From an uncultured Gemmatimonadales bacterium (GTDB lineage Bacteria > Gemmatimonadota > Gemmatimonadetes > Gemmatimonadales > GWC2-71-9), in NCBI GenBank assembly GCA_963730185.1, contig CAVSQW010000009.1:64001-128000 (forward strand): 64,000 nt of DNA, read 5' to 3'. How positions within the stretch are numbered: the stretch's first letter is position 1; every line of letters begins with the position of its first letter. Of the stretch, positions 9,296 to 16,961 are shown piece after piece. Position numbers and translations under genes: made by a program. The notes beneath the pieces were generated by a model. It saw nothing but the letters and a program-made list of their open reading frames with translations. It had not been told where the DNA came from and made no database searches.

Positions 9296-11032
9296 TCAGC
9301 CTTGGTCTGGCTTGGGTTTCTTTCGAGCCGGCTTGGGCTTGGCAAGCGGCTGGGCGCCGGCCGCCTGGTTCCGGAGCCGTTCCTGAGCCACCATCCACTG
9401 CTGCGGGATGCTCGCGAGGTTGACGGTCGCGTAGTACAGGTTGAGGCCCGACGCCAACCCCAGGAAGAACACGATCATCATCCCCGGCATCAGGTAGAGC
9501 ATCACCTTCATCTGCGGATTCGGCGGCAAGCCGATCTGGCCCACCTTGGTCACCGCGAACATCGAGACACCCATCAGGACTGGAATGATGTACGTCGGAT
9601 CCGGTCGCGCGAGGTCCGGGAGCCAAAGGAACGCGGCTCCGCGCAGCTCGATGGTGTTCTGGAACACGAAGAAGAGCGCGATCAGGATCGGCCAGGGCAG
9701 CAGCAAGGGCCAGCACCCGCTGAAGGGGTTGACCTTGTGCTCCTTGTAGATCTTGAACATCTCCTGCTGGAGCTTCTGCGGCTCGTCCTTGTGCTTGTCC
9801 TGGATCTCCTTGAGCAACGGCTGGATGGCCTGCATCTGCATGCCGGCCCGCATCGCCTTCTGGTTGAGCGGCCAGAGGACGACCCGGATCAGGATGCCGA
9901 TCAGGATCAGGCCAAGTCCATAAGCCAAGTGCAGTCGGTCGTGGAACCAGACCAGGAGCCAGCGGGCGCCGATCGCCACCGGGCGGATGATCGGACGGAG
10001 CCACGACCAGCCGTACGGATTGATGTCGTCGAATCCGTGACCGATCGCGTTGAGCCGAGGATACTCCATCGGTCCGACGTAGAGCGAGAAGTCCACCGCG
10101 CCCGTCGCCGGCACGCCCAGGCTCGCCCAGATCGTGGCGGCCTCGGGTGTCTTGTGCCGGGTGTCGGTCGCCGACACCTGGACGCCACCGATCCCTCCGT
10201 GACCCGCCCGGGTGGTGTCGAGTGCCAGCAGCGCGGTCGCGAAGTACTTCGACTTGACCGCGACCCACTCGAACGGACCGGGCAGGGCAACCGGCTCGCC
10301 CACCTTGAGCTTGCTGAAGTGCGTCAGGTCCGACCGGGTGGCCCGGGTGACGATCCCCAGCTCCCGGGAGTGCTCGACGCTGTCGGACTCGGTGTTCCGG
10401 AGCCCCGGGCCCATTCCGAGAAGGAGCGTCCCACCTTCCGGGCCGACGCCGGTGACAGAACCGGTGACGTCGATCTTGTAGCTGTCGGGGCGGAAGTGAT
10501 AGGTGAACTCGATGCTGACGCCCGAGTCCCGAGCCGCGGTGAAGGTCAGCGTGGGAGTGTTCGCCACGTCGACCTGGAGCGACGACGGGGTGAACTGCCA
10601 GTCGTCGGCCCGCACGGTGTCCCGGCCGATGAGCACCATCGGCGCCAGGAAGTCACTCTCGTCGGGAAGGATCTCCGCCTGACGGTCCTTCTCGCCCGGC
10701 CGCATCGACTGGTACTTGAACAGCGTGGCGCTCACCATCCGGGCGCCACGGGTCGAGAACTCGAAACGGTAGAGAGGGGAGGTGACCTGAACGATCGACT
10801 GCGGCACAGTGTCCTGCGCCAACGCGGCCGGCTCCTGGCTGGTCGGCGCCAGCACCGCAGGCGGTCGAGCCGGCGTGACCGAAGTGCCGGGCACGGGCGC
10901 CACCTCCGTCGATGTCGACGAGGCCGCGGTCTGCTGACCGGCCGGCGGTGTCGATCGGCGGTTCAGGATCAGCGGCGGCAGCAACAACACGGCCATCATC
11001 AACACGATGGCCAGCACGAATCGACGGTCCAT
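9296..11032 (-). CDS. yidC: Membrane protein insertase YidC
   Basis: N-terminal TM, periplasmic domain (WVAVKSKYF), VNPFSGCWP, ELRGAAFLWLPDLARPDP, GLNLYY. Confidence 0.96.
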   Translation of the reverse strand: MDRRFVLAIVLMMAVLLLPPLILNRRSTPPAGQQTAASSTSTEVAPVPGTSVTPARPPAVLAPTSQEPAALAQDTVPQSIVQVTSPLYRFEFSTRGARMVSATLFKYQSMRPGEKDRQAEILPDESDFLAPMVLIGRDTVRADDWQFTPSSLQVDVANTPTLTFTAARDSGVSIEFTYHFRPDSYKIDVTGSVTGVGPEGGTLLLGMGPGLRNTESDSVEHSRELGIVTRATRSDLTHFSKLKVGEPVALPGPFEWVAVKSKYFATALLALDTTRAGHGGIGGVQVSATDTRHKTPEAATIWASLGVPATGAVDFSLYVGPMEYPRLNAIGHGFDDINPYGWSWLRPIIRPVAIGARWLLVWFHDRLHLAYGLGLILIGILIRVVLWPLNQKAMRAGMQMQAIQPLLKEIQDKHKDEPQKLQQEMFKIYKEHKVNPFSGCWPLLLPWPILIALFFVFQNTIELRGAAFLWLPDLARPDPTYIIPVLMGVSMFAVTKVGQIGLPPNPQMKVMLYLMPGMMIVFFLGLASGLNLYYATVNLASIPQQWMVAQERLRNQAAGAQPLAKPKPARKKPKPDQG

Positions 11033-11050
11033 ACTCCAGTCGCTGTGAAG

Positions 11051-11284
11051 TCAGGGGATCGGGTCGTAGCCACCCGGATGAAACGGGTGGCATTTGATCA
11101 ACCGGCGCAGTCCGAGCCACGATCCCTTCAACAGTCCGTAGCGCTCCACCGCCTCGAGCGTGTACTGCGAACAGCTGGGACTGAACCGGCACCGGGCGGG
11201 CAACCCCGGCGAGACATACCGCTGGTAGGCCCGGATCAAGCCGGCGCCCATCCGCTGCGGTACCCGGATCAGATCGGCAATCAT
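11051..11284 (-). CDS. yidD: Membrane protein insertion efficiency factor YidD
   Basis: [37 protein letters not shown] overlap with rnpA stop. Confidence 0.95.
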   Translation of the reverse strand: MIADLIRVPQRMGAGLIRAYQRYVSPGLPARCRFSPSCSQYTLEAVERYGLLKGSWLGLRRLIKCHPFHPGGYDPIP

Positions 11285-11637
11285 CCTGCCCCACTGTGCT
11301 GCCGAGCCGCCCACGAGAGCAACTCGTCCCGAAGCTGATCGAACCCCGCGCCGTAGGCTTCACGCCGGGTTCGGATCACGAGATCCAGGGGGCCGACCTC
11401 GCCCCGCAACCGCCGCCGCCAAATTTCCTTGAGGCGGCGGCGCAAACGATTGCGGGCCACCGCCGTGGACTGGAACTTCGGGACGATCAGTCCCAGTCTC
11501 GGGTAGCCCGCCTCATTCACCGCCCAGACGAGATCCACGTGCGACAAGCGCCGCCGCCGGCCTCGGTCGAATACCCGCTGATAGTCGTCCGCTTTCCCCA
11601 GCCGACCGGCCGGCGAAAGACGCTCGGACGACGTTAC
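11281..11637 (-). CDS. rnpA: Ribonuclease P protein component (start codon uncertain)
   Basis: [43 protein letters not shown] (RNR motif), synteny; no ATG/GTG/TTG at the expected N-terminus. Confidence 0.9.
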   Translation of the reverse strand, partial: VTSSERLSPAGRLGKADDYQRVFDRGRRRRLSHVDLVWAVNEAGYPRLGLIVPKFQSTAVARNRLRRRLKEIWRRRLRGEVGPLDLVIRTRREAYGAGFDQLRDELLSWAARQHSGAG

Positions 11638-11795
11638 CGACCTCCGTGCTTCGAGGCGATGCGGACGGTGAGCCGTTTCCGCCCCTTTTTCCGGCGGCGG
11701 CTGAGCACGGCACGACCCCAACGATCGGCCATCCGGGCACGGAACCCGTGACGGTTCACTCGTTTGCGATTTCGGGGCCGGTAGGTCGGCTGCAT
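11634..11795 (-). CDS. rpmH: 50S ribosomal protein L34
   Basis: Manual translation [53 protein letters not shown] (53 aa); SD GAGGAG; missing from the ORF track. Confidence 0.97.
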   Translation of the reverse strand: MQPTYRPRNRKRVNRHGFRARMADRWGRAVLSRRRKKGRKRLTVRIASKHGGR

Positions 11796-11858
11796 ATTAC
11801 TCCTCGACGCCTCCAGTGAGCCCGAAAAGCTAGCCCAGCCACGGGCTTGCGGTCAAGG

Positions 11859-11887
11859 TTGACTTTTCCACACGCGGGTCGTAGAAT
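11859..11887 (+). promoter_or_regulatory. dnaA promoter with embedded DnaA box
   Basis: TTGACT(11859-64)-N17-TAGAAT(11882-87); TTTTCCACA at 11864-11872 matches TTWTNCACA. Confidence 0.8.
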
Positions 11888-11939
11888 CGCCTCCCCCTTC
11901 CGACCTTCCCCTACGAGTCAGGGTTTGCACCGAGGCGAA

Positions 11940-13334
11940 ATGCAGCTCTCCCCCAAAGAGGCGTGGAAGCGCATTCTCGACGAGGCCCGCCGCGAGCTTC
12001 CCGAGCAGGCCGTCGCCACCTGGCTGGCCCCGGCCGAGCCGCTCGAGCTCCAGGACGGCAAGCTCACCCTCGGGGTTCCGGACGAATTCGCGGTCAAGTG
12101 GAACGAGACCAAGCACGGCTCCCTGCTGTCCCGGCTGGCCGAACAGGTCGTGGGTCAACGGATCACCGTGGCCTTCCGGGTGCCGGATGACCGGTTCCAG
12201 CGCCCCCAGATCGACTTCTTCGTAGCCCAACCGGACGACGACGGGCCGGTCACGCCGGCCGTCCGCCCGACCCACTCGCCGCTCCCGCTCAACGAGCGTT
12301 ACACCTTCGATTCGTTCGTGATCGGCAAGTCCAACGAGCTCGCGGCGGCCGCCGCTTATGCGGTCGCCGAGACCCCCGGCAAGACCTACAACCCGCTGTT
12401 CATCTACGGCGGCACCGGCCTTGGCAAGACGCACCTGATGCAGGCCATCGCCCACGCGGTTCTCGGGAAGGCCCCGGGAACCCGTCTGGTCTACGTCGGC
12501 GCCGAGCATTTCATCAACGAGGTGATCGAGGGCATCCACGGTCGGACCATGCCGGAGCTCCGGCGACGATACCGCACCGAGGTGGACCTGTTCCTCGTCG
12601 ACGACGTGCACTTCCTGGAAGGCAAGGAGGCAACCCAGGAGGAGTTCTTCCATACGTTCAACACGCTGTACGAGGCCCAGAAGCAGATCGTCCTGACCTC
12701 GGACCGGCCCCCGAAGGACATGCCCGGACTCGAGGCACGCCTGGTCAGCCGGTTCGAATGGGGCATGGTCGCCGACATCGGCCAGCCCGACTTGGAACAC
12801 CGGATCGCCATCCTCCGGAAGAAACAAGAGCAGGACCACCTCGAGACCACGATTCCCGACGAGGTCCTGAGCTTCATTGCGGAACATGTGTTTTCGAATG
12901 TCCGGGAGCTCGAGGGTTGCATCATCAAGCTGCTCCTCTACGCCTCGCTCCGGCATCGCGAGGTCACCATCGACCTGGCCCGAGAAGCCCTCGCGGATCG
13001 GATTCGTCCCGGGCCCCAGCTCCACGAGGGCACGCCCAAGGCCTTGCCGACGATCGACAAGGTGCAAGACGTCGTGGCCCGCCGGTGGGGCGTGACGCCG
13101 GAGGGACTCCGCTCGAAGGCGCGGATCAAGAGCTTGACGGTGCCCCGACAGATCGCGATGTACCTCGCCCGCGAGGTGTTGAACATGCAGCTGGTCGAGA
13201 TCGGGCAGGCGTTCGGCGGGCGCGATCACTCGACCGTCATTCACAGTGTGGACAAGGTCCAGCGGCAGCTGTCGCGCGACCGTGCATTCCGAGACCGAGT
13301 CGACTCGGCGCGGGCCGAGTTGACGAGCGGGTGA
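11940..13334 (+). CDS. dnaA: Chromosomal replication initiator DnaA
   Basis: YTFDSFVIGKSN, NPLFIYGGTGLGKTHL, DDVHFL, TQEEFFHTFN, RLVSRFEWG, NVRELEG, FGGRDHSTV. Confidence 0.98.
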   Translation: MQLSPKEAWKRILDEARRELPEQAVATWLAPAEPLELQDGKLTLGVPDEFAVKWNETKHGSLLSRLAEQVVGQRITVAFRVPDDRFQRPQIDFFVAQPDDDGPVTPAVRPTHSPLPLNERYTFDSFVIGKSNELAAAAAYAVAETPGKTYNPLFIYGGTGLGKTHLMQAIAHAVLGKAPGTRLVYVGAEHFINEVIEGIHGRTMPELRRRYRTEVDLFLVDDVHFLEGKEATQEEFFHTFNTLYEAQKQIVLTSDRPPKDMPGLEARLVSRFEWGMVADIGQPDLEHRIAILRKKQEQDHLETTIPDEVLSFIAEHVFSNVRELEGCIIKLLLYASLRHREVTIDLAREALADRIRPGPQLHEGTPKALPTIDKVQDVVARRWGVTPEGLRSKARIKSLTVPRQIAMYLAREVLNMQLVEIGQAFGGRDHSTVIHSVDKVQRQLSRDRAFRDRVDSARAELTSG

Positions 13335-13392
13335 AGGCGAGAGAACCCGCGTCACCCGCCAGAGTGTTCGCAGCGATGGGGAGTGTGATCGC

Positions 13393-14505
13393 ATGAAGTT
13401 CACCATCACCCGAGAGAAGCTGCACGAGGGCCTGGGAGCGGTGGCCGGAAGCGTGCCGTCCAAAGCCACGCTTCCGGTCCTCTCTCACCTTCTCGTGGAA
13501 GCCACCAAGGATGGGATCCGCCTGTCCGGCACGGATCTGGACATCGCCGTCACCACGGTGATCCCGGCCGAGGTCAACCAGGAGGGGGCCGCGATGGTGC
13601 CCGCCCGGAAGCTCGCCGAGATCGTGCGGGAGCTGCCCAGCGCCGCGATTCGGGTCACCAGCTCGGGCGAGCAGCGAGTCCAGATCGAGTGTGGACGCTC
13701 GCGTTTCAAGTTGCTCGGTCTCTCCCGCGAGGAGTTTCCGGCCTTTCCGGCCGTCACGTTCGAAGGCGGCTGGAACGTCGTGGCCAGGGACCTTCAAAAG
13801 CTCATCACCCATGTGGCCTTCGCGGCCAGCACCGAGGAGAGCCGCCCGATCCTGAACGGGGTGCTCTGGGAGCTCCGAAGCGACCGGATGCGGATGGTCG
13901 CCACCAACGGGCATCGGCTGGCCCGCATGGACATGCCGCTCAAGGGTGCCGGCCAGGCCGACCTGATCGTGCCGCCCAAGGCCCTCGATCAGATCCGCCG
14001 ACTCTTCGGCCCGGACGAAGAGGTCGAGATCGCCCGGAGTGACAACCACCTCGGATTTCGCTCGGCCGCAACTCAGGTGTTCACCCGGCTCATCGAGGGG
14101 CCGTACCCGCCCTTGGAGGTTCTCGACAAGCTACTGCGCGAGAACGACAAGATCGTGACGGTGGACCGGACCGCCTTCACGTCGGCCATCCGGCGGATGA
14201 GCATCGTCGCCAGCGACCAGACCCACCGGATCCGCCTGGCGTTCTCCAACGGGGCCTGCAAGCTCTCGGTCACCACGCCTGATCTGGGCGACGCCCAGGA
14301 AGAGATGTCCGTCTCCTACGACGGCGATCCCCTGGAGATTGGATTCAACGCCTCGTACCTGTTGGAGGTCCTCAAGTTCATGCCGACCGACGAGGTAAGG
14401 CTGAGGTTCAAGGCTCCTGAACGCGGGGCCACGTGTGAGCCGGTGGGCTGGGACGACCCGGCGAGCTACCTCGCCCTGGTAATGCCTCTCCGGTTGCTCG
14501 ATTAG
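13393..14505 (+). CDS. dnaN: DNA polymerase III beta sliding clamp, divergent copy 1
   Basis: SGTDLD, ESRPILNG, VATNGHRL, IGFNASYL, VMPLR; atypical LIEGPYPPLEVLDKLLREN loop. Confidence 0.95.
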   Translation: MKFTITREKLHEGLGAVAGSVPSKATLPVLSHLLVEATKDGIRLSGTDLDIAVTTVIPAEVNQEGAAMVPARKLAEIVRELPSAAIRVTSSGEQRVQIECGRSRFKLLGLSREEFPAFPAVTFEGGWNVVARDLQKLITHVAFAASTEESRPILNGVLWELRSDRMRMVATNGHRLARMDMPLKGAGQADLIVPPKALDQIRRLFGPDEEVEIARSDNHLGFRSAATQVFTRLIEGPYPPLEVLDKLLRENDKIVTVDRTAFTSAIRRMSIVASDQTHRIRLAFSNGACKLSVTTPDLGDAQEEMSVSYDGDPLEIGFNASYLLEVLKFMPTDEVRLRFKAPERGATCEPVGWDDPASYLALVMPLRLLD

Positions 14506-14894
14506 GTCGATCCGACTGAAACAGCAATGGTTCCGCGGTCGCGCCTCACTCGACTGTGTTTCTTACGGTGTGGACAAAGGTCGCGCTTCGGTTGTCGCCC
14601 GACCACGCGCTCCGACAACGAGTTGACTCGGCTCGCGGGCAAGCCGACCAAGTGGCCGACCATGCTGGGTCGTGTGAGTTGCTGTGGGTGACGTGGAAGA
14701 CGCTGGAAAACCCCACGCCTCTCCACGAAATCCGCACTGCCAACAAACGACGTTCTGGCGATGGGGACGGTAAGCATCGTGCCGGTGGGGAGTTGGGCGA
14801 CCGCTCAACAATGGCGCCCCTCTACGATTACTACGAGTTCTATTAAACTGTTGCAGTCTTGTAGAAATATGGCGAGTTCGCGGAGCGTGAGCGC
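14506..14894. other. Probable replication origin oriC (DnaA boxes, GC-rich spacer, DnaA-trios, AT-rich tract)
   Basis: TGTGGACAA 14569-77, degenerate boxes 14683-14727, GGCGCCCCT followed by CTA CGA TTA CTA CGA (14822-36) and CTATTAAA, directly upstream of dnaN. Confidence 0.8.
14530..14635 (+). pseudogene. Frameshifted relic of the dnaA 3' end (domain IV)
   Basis: Aligns with dnaA 13211-13312 at about 80/106 columns with three small indels; partial translation KVALRLSPDHALRQRVDSAR vs DnaA KVQRQLSRDRAFRDRVDSAR. Confidence 0.85.
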
Positions 14895-16004
14895 ATGAAG
14901 TTCACCATCACCCGAGAGAAGCTGCACGAGGGTCTGGGAGCGGTGACCGCAAGCGTGCCGTCCAAGACCACGCTTCCGGTGCTCTCCAACATCCTCGTGG
15001 AGGCCACCCAGGACGGGATTCGCCTGTCCGGCACCGACCTGGACATCGCCGTGACGACGGTGATCCCGGCCGAAGTCGATCAGGAGGGTGCCACCACCCT
15101 CCCTGCCCGGAAGCTTGCCGAGATCGTGCGGGAGCTGCCCAGCGCCGCGATTCGGGTCACCAGCTCGGGCGAGCAACGGGTCCAGATCGAATGCGGCCGA
15201 TCGCGGTTCAAGCTGCTCGGACTATCGCGGGAGGAGTTTCCCTCGTTTCCGGCGGTTAAGTTCGAGGGCGGCTGGAACGTCGTGGCCAAGGACCTTCAAA
15301 AGCTCATCACCCATGTGGCCTTCGCGGCCAGCACCGAGGAGAGCCGCCCGATCCTGAACGGGGTGCTCTGGGAGCTCCGGAGCGACCGGATGCGGATGGT
15401 CGCCACCAACGGGCATCGCCTGGCCCGCATGGACGTGCCGCTCAAGGGTGCCGGGGGTCAGGCCGACCTGATCGTGCCGCCCAAGGCCCTCGATCAGATC
15501 CGCCGCCTTTTCAGGCCGGACGAGGAGATCGAGATCGCCCGGAGCGACAATCACCTGGGGTTTCGATCGGCGGGCACCCAGGTGTTCACCCGACTCATCG
15601 AGGGGCCCTACCCGCCTTACGAGCAGGTCATTCCCCGCGAGAACGATAAGATCGTGACGGTGGACCGGACCGCCTTCGCGTCGGCCATCCGGCGGATGAG
15701 CATCGTCGCCAGCGACCAGACTCACCGGATCCGCCTGGCGTTGACCAACGGGGCCTGCAAGCTTTCGGTCACCACGCCCGACCTGGGCGACGCCCAGGAA
15801 GAGATGTCCGTCTCCTACGACGGCGACCCCCTCGAGATTGGGTTCAACGCCTCGTACCTGCTCGAGATCTTGAAGGCAATGCCGACCGACGAGGTTCGGA
15901 TGACCTTCAAGGCGCCGGAGCGCGCGGCCACCTGTGAGCCCGTCGGCTGGGACGACCCGGCTAGCTACCTGTCGTTGGTGATGCCACTCCGCCTGCTGGA
16001 CTAG
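14895..16004 (+). CDS. dnaN: DNA polymerase III beta sliding clamp, canonical copy 2
   Basis: Same motifs as copy 1 with the canonical LIEGPYPPYEQVIP loop. Confidence 0.97.
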   Translation: MKFTITREKLHEGLGAVTASVPSKTTLPVLSNILVEATQDGIRLSGTDLDIAVTTVIPAEVDQEGATTLPARKLAEIVRELPSAAIRVTSSGEQRVQIECGRSRFKLLGLSREEFPSFPAVKFEGGWNVVAKDLQKLITHVAFAASTEESRPILNGVLWELRSDRMRMVATNGHRLARMDVPLKGAGGQADLIVPPKALDQIRRLFRPDEEIEIARSDNHLGFRSAGTQVFTRLIEGPYPPYEQVIPRENDKIVTVDRTAFASAIRRMSIVASDQTHRIRLALTNGACKLSVTTPDLGDAQEEMSVSYDGDPLEIGFNASYLLEILKAMPTDEVRMTFKAPERAATCEPVGWDDPASYLSLVMPLRLLD

Positions 16005-16822
16005 CGCGACCCGTTCGAGTCGGATTCCGGATCGTCGCTGTCGAGTGGAACCCGGATCGGTTCTCCCTGCATCCGTCGGAGAATCAGTTGCTGGCGCCAC
16101 CGCATCCGGCCCGCCCGATAGCGAGGGTTTGAGCTGAGCGGGAAGGGGAGCGTTCCAGCGAGAGCCGCGGCCTCGTCGGCGGTCAGGTTGGCGGCCGGCC
16201 GGCCGAAGTAGTACCGGCTGGCAGCCTCCACCCCCCAGATCTCCGGGCCGAACTCGACGACGTTGAGGTAGAGCTCCAACACCCGGTTCTTGCCAAGCGC
16301 CCACTCCAACCGATAGGCCGTCACCGCCTCCTTCGCTTTCCGAAGTGGGTTCCGCGAGGGGGAGAGGTACAGGTTCTTGGCGAGCTGTTGGGTTATCGTG
16401 CTGGCTCCTCGGATCCGATCCCGGCGCGACCACGCCCGTCCCAAATCCCGGAGCATCTCGTCGCGATCCCGCGGATTGGTCCAGGTGAAGTCGTCCCTCC
16501 GGTAGCCGAGCGCCTCCCGGATCGCTTGGTAGTCGATTCCGCCGTGTTCGTAGAAGCGGTGGTCCTCCGCCACGATCGCGGCCGCTAGGACGCCGGGTGC
16601 GATCGCGCTGAGGGGCACCGGCTGATAGAGGCGCGGAAGGACCCCGTCCTTGGCGTCACGACGGCGCTCCGGATGGGACGCCATCTGGGCTGCCTGGGAT
16701 CGTCGGAGGCTCATGAACGCGGTCTGATGGGGCCAGAACCAGCGGTACCAGATTGGGGGAGGCCAGACCGCCACCAGCCAGAGCGCGAAAGCGGCCCCGA
16801 ACAGGAGAGCGAGCTTGACCAG
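16001..16822 (-). CDS. mtgA: Monofunctional biosynthetic peptidoglycan transglycosylase (start uncertain)
   Basis: EDHRFYEHGG, RGASTITQQLAKNL, RKAKE, LELYLNVVEFG, GVEAAS; track start 16948 lies beyond a terminator so is unlikely; CTG 16822 tentative. Confidence 0.85.
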   Translation of the reverse strand: MVKLALLFGAAFALWLVAVWPPPIWYRWFWPHQTAFMSLRRSQAAQMASHPERRRDAKDGVLPRLYQPVPLSAIAPGVLAAAIVAEDHRFYEHGGIDYQAIREALGYRRDDFTWTNPRDRDEMLRDLGRAWSRRDRIRGASTITQQLAKNLYLSPSRNPLRKAKEAVTAYRLEWALGKNRVLELYLNVVEFGPEIWGVEAASRYYFGRPAANLTADEAAALAGTLPFPLSSNPRYRAGRMRWRQQLILRRMQGEPIRVPLDSDDPESDSNGSR

Positions 16823-16892
16823 GGCCCTTGGCCACCTGCGCCGGATCGGCCGTTCAGGAGCACCAACAGCTACTACTAATTTGTCAGGAGAA

Positions 16893-16927
16893 GCAAAGGG
16901 GCGCTCTGTCTCCGAGCGCCCCTTTGC
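16893..16927 (-). terminator. Hairpin terminator after the secreted hypothetical gene
   Basis: GCAAAGGGGCGCTC-N7-GAGCGCCCCTTTGC perfect 14-bp stem. Confidence 0.7.
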
Positions 16928-16961
16928 GGTTGTCGTGGACCCGAACACGACGACGGCGCCG

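Noticed and set aside
9032..11338. 768-aa + strand ORF and similar long ORFs (11853..13469-, 19484..21490+, 28007..29794+, 36257..37879-, 38834..40654-)
   Set aside because: Antisense shadows of well-supported genes; stop-poor frames are expected at this GC content; no motifs
14556..14846. 96-aa ORF between the dnaN copies
   Set aside because: Read-through of the frameshifted dnaA relic into oriC (YDYYEFY is the DnaA-trio tract); not a credible gene
13393..16004. dnaN duplication as a simple assembly artefact or mobile-element cargo
   Set aside because: Copies differ by many synonymous changes and indels and are separated by a decayed dnaA relic; no integrase, transposase or att-like repeats seen (a read-level check is still advised)
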